Shown piece after piece: positions 59,537-64,000 of a DNA stretch of 64,000 nt. Each line of letters starts with the position of its first letter. The first letter of the stretch is position 1. The translations under genes were made by a program, and so were the position numbers. Under the pieces are notes generated by a model that had not been told where the DNA came from, made no database searches, and saw nothing but the letters and a program-made list of their open reading frames with translations. The stretch is taken from IMG/VR virus record IMGVR_UViG_3300032007_000015, one strand, 5' to 3'. Source of the DNA: a virus. Its lineage: Duplodnaviria > Caudoviricetes.

Positions 59537-60169
59537 TTATCTCATTGTGTATTCTATGATAAATGGTCTTTTCTCAGCATATGAACTTGATTCATATGTA
59601 TTATTATATCCATTAAATGTTAATACAGCACCATCTACTAACGTGTTTACAATTCCTTTACGTATTACATATGATGCTTCATTTCTATCTATATTAATCC
59701 ATTCATTTCCAATATTACCAGTATAAATACCAAGATAATAATTGATGTCATATGACTGTAATGCCATTTTCAATACACAATATTCTTCTTCATTTGATAT
59801 TGATGCTAACCTACAATTATGTTCATTAGCAAATCTCATTGCATCAAACCAATTCAATTGATTTTCTACTGATGATATAAAAAATATCTTATCTTCAACA
59901 ACTTTAATAGATTCTGCATTAAATCCATCATTAGTTAATTCCAATAATTTAGAATTAACGATTTTATTTATTTCTTCTCCATAACCAAAATAATTTGATA
60001 CTGTACTTGCTTCAATAGTAATAGGATTCGATTTCTCTTTACTACTATTAATTTTTGATTTATCTGATAATGCATTTTGTAATGCATTATCAGATACTAA
60101 TACAATAATAGCAGCTGTTGCAGCTATTGCTGATACTTTTAATGTGTTTTTTAAATTCTTTTTCTTCAT
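59537..60169 (-). CDS. Membrane-anchored/secreted C-type lectin-domain protein
   Basis: Basic-hydrophobic N-terminus; LNWFDAMRFANEHNCRLASISNEEE, YYLGI, EWIN, RPFIIEY. Confidence 0.65.
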   Translation of the reverse strand: MKKKNLKNTLKVSAIAATAAIIVLVSDNALQNALSDKSKINSSKEKSNPITIEASTVSNYFGYGEEINKIVNSKLLELTNDGFNAESIKVVEDKIFFISSVENQLNWFDAMRFANEHNCRLASISNEEEYCVLKMALQSYDINYYLGIYTGNIGNEWINIDRNEASYVIRKGIVNTLVDGAVLTFNGYNNTYESSSYAEKRPFIIEYTMR

Positions 60170-60241
60170 GTTTATTTTCTCCTTTTCATATAAATATAAT
60201 ATTAATAATGCATAAAAATATTATATAATCATATGAAATAT

Positions 60242-60991
60242 CTACTTTTTATATTTTTTAAGAATTTTATTTCTAACACGACATTCAATATTAACTTTAA
60301 AATCTTCATCTATCATATCACAATATTTTTCTGTAAAATCACCAGTAATATCAAATGAATCATAATGTTCGTTAATATATTCTGCTTCAAGATTTGATTC
60401 TCCAAATTCACACATAGATAAGAATGTTTCAACATCATGAATTGTCGGGTCGTTAAAAATATTTTTTATTACTTCTGGTAAATTGGATATTATTGTGATA
60501 TCATCAATATCAGTAACGACTTTCTTTAAAGAAAGAACTGTTACATCTTTTTTCTTTGGAAGATTTTCACAAATATATTCTTTATTTTCTTCAATATAAT
60601 TCAATATTAAATTAACGAAATTTCTCTTTATATTAATAATAAAGAATCTATAAATATAATGAATTAATTCTTGTTGTTGCTCTTCAGACATATCTTCTAT
60701 AGTTGGAAGACCTATACCTAAATATGTACTAAACATTTCACACATAAATGAAATGAATTTAGCGTTTATATTTTCAACATCGTATTCATCATCTTCTGTC
60801 ATTGTATTTTTTGTATATATAAAATTATTCAAAAATGTTTGAACTAGATCATTTTTCCTATGTTCTAATGGTTCTTGAAATTGTAATTTAATATTTTCCT
60901 CCATTAATTGTAATGGAACATCTGATAAAAAGATTTCATTTTCAATTTCGTTTGGTTCATAATCGAACCCTTTAAATACATCTAAACTCAT
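60242..60991 (-). CDS. Acidic hypothetical protein
   Basis: 249 aa ORF. Confidence 0.75.
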   Translation of the reverse strand: MSLDVFKGFDYEPNEIENEIFLSDVPLQLMEENIKLQFQEPLEHRKNDLVQTFLNNFIYTKNTMTEDDEYDVENINAKFISFMCEMFSTYLGIGLPTIEDMSEEQQQELIHYIYRFFIINIKRNFVNLILNYIEENKEYICENLPKKKDVTVLSLKKVVTDIDDITIISNLPEVIKNIFNDPTIHDVETFLSMCEFGESNLEAEYINEHYDSFDITGDFTEKYCDMIDEDFKVNIECRVRNKILKKYKK

Positions 60992-60995
60992 ATTA

Positions 60996-61355
60996 TTATA
61001 TTTTCCTTTCTATATTATCTTTATAAACTGATTTTACATTATCAGTTTTTACTGGTATTTGTTGATGTTTTATAACTGGTGGTTCTTTTTTATTTTCATT
61101 AAACTGGCAATTAGTATTTGTACAGTTACTACCTTTGCCACAATATGCACCATATATTTTATAATTATTCATTAATGTAGGTTGTATCATTGAATCATTC
61201 TCAACAAAAGTTGCCACATTGCCGCATCCACAACACACTAAATGCTTACAAACTTTCTTATCCATATTATTAATACATACGACAACTTTTTTATCTCTTG
61301 AACCACAAAAATAACATTTTATTTTAGATATTCTATCTTTGTTCATATCTAACAT
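60996..61355 (-). CDS. Cys-rich zinc-ribbon protein
   Basis: CYFC, CCGCG, CGKGSNC....C. Confidence 0.7.
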   Translation of the reverse strand: MLDMNKDRISKIKCYFCGSRDKKVVVCINNMDKKVCKHLVCCGCGNVATFVENDSMIQPTLMNNYKIYGAYCGKGSNCTNTNCQFNENKKEPPVIKHQQIPVKTDNVKSVYKDNIERKI

Positions 61356-61413
61356 ATTTTATCACACCTTTCCAAAAATAGTTTTTATTAATTTGTATAT
61401 TTTGGTTTAATAT

Positions 61414-63513
61414 TTAAAACTTAATTATATTTGAAATTGTTTTTGTTTTTCTACCAGTTTTACCTTCTTGTAAATCTGGTAAATCAAATATTTCCATAAC
61501 AGATTTAAATGGTGCTAAAATTGTATTTATCATTGTAGTATAATCAATATAATCCATAGCCCATTCAGGAATCTTATCATTACTAGGAATTGCTAATACT
61601 TGTAATCCAGTAATCTTTACTTCACCTTTTTTATTACGTTTTATAAATATTCCGCTTCTATCATTAAATATACCTTCCATTATAATATTATATATATCAG
61701 GATATTTATCTTTCATAGGTTCAATATCTTCTGGAGTATTTATATTCATTTTTACCAAACTAACTTTAGCTGGGAACGAAATTTGATTATTTGGATTTGT
61801 CATATTCCAAGATAAAACTCCACGTACTGATTGATTTGTACTTGGGTCTTTATAAGCTTCTAATTCTTTAGCATTACCGTTAGGTAAATATTTTTTATCA
61901 CCATTTAATATAGATTCTTTTATTTCTTCTCTAAACTTCTTAAGTTCTAATGTAAGTTTCTTAAGATCTATTCCATCACCTACTAACAAAATATCATTAA
62001 TAAGTTTCATATAACGTTTTTCTGCAAATTCAGATGTCGTTGCTTTCTTGAAATCAAAACCTTTAACATCTGATTTACCATTCTTAATAAGGTTTCCTTC
62101 TCTAAGCATTACCTTACTTATATAACGTTTTTTGGTTTTACCAATTATTAATTTAGAAAAAAAGAATTCGTTTTTCATATTAAAACGTGGTCTCCATTTT
62201 TCCTCTACATTTGAACATTTTCCATAGTAAAGAAGAATATCTGTAACAACGTTTGTTATTACATAAGTTATTGAATTAACAGCTATAAATACATTATTAA
62301 TATGATCTCTATTATATTGACTTTCATCACCTAAAACTTCATCAAATAAGAAATTAATCCAAGTATCAAGCGATAAAATATTACTATCAGTATCAATAAC
62401 TGTAACTACTTTACGTTTAAAGTTTTTAAGTCTGTAAATCCTATCTATACTTAAATATCTAACATAAACATATTTAAGATATATATCACACATCTCTTTT
62501 ATATAACCCAATATACTCTCAGGAACATCATTAGGATCATAAAAATATTCCTTATCAACAAACTTATTCCAATCTTTCTTTTTATTTTTAGATAAAGTAA
62601 ATTTTTGTCTTAATTCTTTTGGTATAACAGAATCATCATCTTCCATATACTGATAATTATTTACATTTTTGAATATCTTTCTATGAAGTTGTTTTACTTT
62701 TTCATGTCGTCTTGTAAACTCGATAAGATTATTTTTATAAAATATTTTTGTTAATTCATCATCTGTTAAATGATGAAGATAATCATTTAATCCTTCTTCA
62801 TATGAATAATCCCAATCAAGAACCATATGTTTTATTCTATCATAAACTTCATCAAATGTTGCTGGAATAACCCAATCATCTATTGTATTATCTGATTCAT
62901 TTAATATACATTCCATCCAATGATAACATTCATTAATATCTATAAATACATAATTATCAGATAAAAATGCTTCAAATGTTTGTTCAGTTGTAGAAATAAC
63001 TGATTGTGCACTCAATGTAGTTGATGTTGCTGTCCAAAGATTAAAGAAAGCAGATGTCTGAGCTCCAGATGAACCATAATATGAATTCATTAATACTTTT
63101 TGATTTCCTTGGTCTAAATCTAAATGTGCATATTCCTTACTATATATGTCATCTATATTAAACATTTCTTTTTTTATAGCTTTTCTACCATAAAACCAAT
63201 CATCTAACATATCAGCAATTGGATTTTTAGAATCTTCATGTCGTTTAAAAAATGTTCCATTACCTGCAATTATTGGTTTACTATCAATAGCCCAATCAAG
63301 TACAGATAATAAACTACTATTTGTATGTTCTTTTGTATAGTTATTATCTAATTCCACTTCTGGAATCATTATATCTTTTTTTATTATTTTTTTCATTTCA
63401 TCCTGAACATCATCTTCATTCCATTCAGGATTCATTTTTATCATTATATTTGTCATTTCATCCATATATGATTGTAAAAAGCTACTAGCTTCTATATTTA
63501 ATTCTTTATTCAT
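61414..63513 (-). CDS. polB: Family B DNA polymerase, C-terminal subunit (motifs B and C, thumb)
   Basis: GNGTFF, RKAIKKEM, QKVLMNSYYG, VIDTDS, KKRY, VKGFDF. Confidence 0.9.
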   Translation of the reverse strand: MNKELNIEASSFLQSYMDEMTNIMIKMNPEWNEDDVQDEMKKIIKKDIMIPEVELDNNYTKEHTNSSLLSVLDWAIDSKPIIAGNGTFFKRHEDSKNPIADMLDDWFYGRKAIKKEMFNIDDIYSKEYAHLDLDQGNQKVLMNSYYGSSGAQTSAFFNLWTATSTTLSAQSVISTTEQTFEAFLSDNYVFIDINECYHWMECILNESDNTIDDWVIPATFDEVYDRIKHMVLDWDYSYEEGLNDYLHHLTDDELTKIFYKNNLIEFTRRHEKVKQLHRKIFKNVNNYQYMEDDDSVIPKELRQKFTLSKNKKKDWNKFVDKEYFYDPNDVPESILGYIKEMCDIYLKYVYVRYLSIDRIYRLKNFKRKVVTVIDTDSNILSLDTWINFLFDEVLGDESQYNRDHINNVFIAVNSITYVITNVVTDILLYYGKCSNVEEKWRPRFNMKNEFFFSKLIIGKTKKRYISKVMLREGNLIKNGKSDVKGFDFKKATTSEFAEKRYMKLINDILLVGDGIDLKKLTLELKKFREEIKESILNGDKKYLPNGNAKELEAYKDPSTNQSVRGVLSWNMTNPNNQISFPAKVSLVKMNINTPEDIEPMKDKYPDIYNIIMEGIFNDRSGIFIKRNKKGEVKITGLQVLAIPSNDKIPEWAMDYIDYTTMINTILAPFKSVMEIFDLPDLQEGKTGRKTKTISNIIKF

Positions 63514-63540
63514 ATAAATTATTTTCCTTTCATTTTCATA

Positions 63541-63612
63541 TTAAAGTATGTAAAACATTATAATTCCTATAATAATTATAATGCATAAAAAAATAATTTC
63601 ATATGGTAACAT
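63541..63612 (-). CDS. 23-aa hydrophobic micropeptide
   Basis: AAAGGA RBS; MLPYEIIFLCIIIIIGIIMFYIL*. Confidence 0.45.
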   Translation of the reverse strand: MLPYEIIFLCIIIIIGIIMFYIL

Positions 63613-63628
63613 AATATCATTTCCTTTA

Positions 63629-63808
63629 TTATTTTCTTATTCTAGATGCATCTGATCTAGTCATTGTTGTAAGTTTTGATTCTTTTAATAGTTGAATCGT
63701 TTTTGATTTATTTCTATTTGCTTTTAAAAAAGCATTAGTAACTAATGTAACAGAATACCCTGTTTCATTTGCAATTTGTCTTATTACAGATTTTTCTAAT
63801 TCGGTCAT
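63629..63808 (-). CDS. 59-aa UBA / EF-Ts N-terminal-like mini-protein
   Basis: AAGGAG RBS; MTELEKSVIRQIANETGYSVTLVTNAFLKANRNKSKTIQLLKES... Confidence 0.55.
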   Translation of the reverse strand: MTELEKSVIRQIANETGYSVTLVTNAFLKANRNKSKTIQLLKESKLTTMTRSDASRIRK

Positions 63809-63892
63809 TATTAATTCTCCTTTAAGTTAATTTTAAAAAAATGTGAAAATGAATATAAAAAAGAAAAAAATATTTTTAGGGGTTTACCCTGT

Positions 63893-63920
63893 GAGCAGTT
63901 TATAGACGTTGCTCAGGTCT
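63893..63920 (-). ncRNA. Compact pseudoknot motif, copy D (followed by hairpin)
   Basis: AGAC-CT-GAGC-AAC-GTCT-ATAAAC-T-GCTC then AGGGtaaacCCCT. Confidence 0.7.
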
Positions 63921-64000
63921 GCAATTTTTTAAGTAGCTGTCGACTACTTTTTGATTGCCTTTGAGATGGTCAGCAAGGCACTGCCCACTGACCATGCCAC

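Noticed and set aside
35404-60169. Diversity-generating retroelement (repeat pair plus C-type lectin)
   Set aside because: No reverse transcriptase in the window; the repeat pair differs by one non-adenine change on the coding strand and is unrelated to the lectin gene
1-64000. Stop-codon recoding as in some gut jumbo phages
   Set aside because: Long ORFs tile the window in the standard code; TAG and TGA end genes at sensible positions (e.g. thyA operon neighbours, chaperonin, polB-N)
1-64000. CRISPR array, tRNA or rRNA genes
   Set aside because: No regularly spaced repeats or cloverleaf/T-loop signatures noticed by eye; tRNAscan/ARAGORN not run

Overview
Very AT-rich 64 kb segment of a jumbo myophage of the phiKZ/AR9(PBS1)-like supergroup. 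The host is probably a Firmicute (Clostridia/Lachnospiraceae-type): ribosome-binding sites are AAAGGAG-type and the endolysin has clostridial W-type repeats. Standard genetic code. Core genes: probable major capsid protein, T4 gp20-like portal, gp25-like baseplate protein, tail-assembly-chaperone-like gene with a likely -1 frameshift extension, three paralogous fibre-like proteins, and two RNA polymerase beta' homologues (one unsplit, one N-terminal half split inside NAD|FDGD by a group I intron carrying a GIY-YIG endonuclease). Also a probable sigma-like subunit two genes from a GroEL-like chaperonin, a family B DNA polymerase in two genes 29 kb apart, ThyA, a dNMP kinase and an amidase endolysin. 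AR9-type ACA-N6-TA promoters and long palindromic terminators recur throughout. The most unusual signal is a dispersed set of small accessory-gene cassettes carrying two recurrent, covarying RNA structures. One is a tandem-pseudoknot 5' leader (3 copies) with a preQ1-I-like first half and a second half that pairs with the gene's own start codon. The other is a compact 26-28 nt pseudoknot (4 copies) with fully swapped stems. One cassette is flanked by a 33-bp direct repeat and another encodes a Csx16/Csx20-like candidate ring nuclease. All protein calls come from motif recognition by eye; no database search was run.
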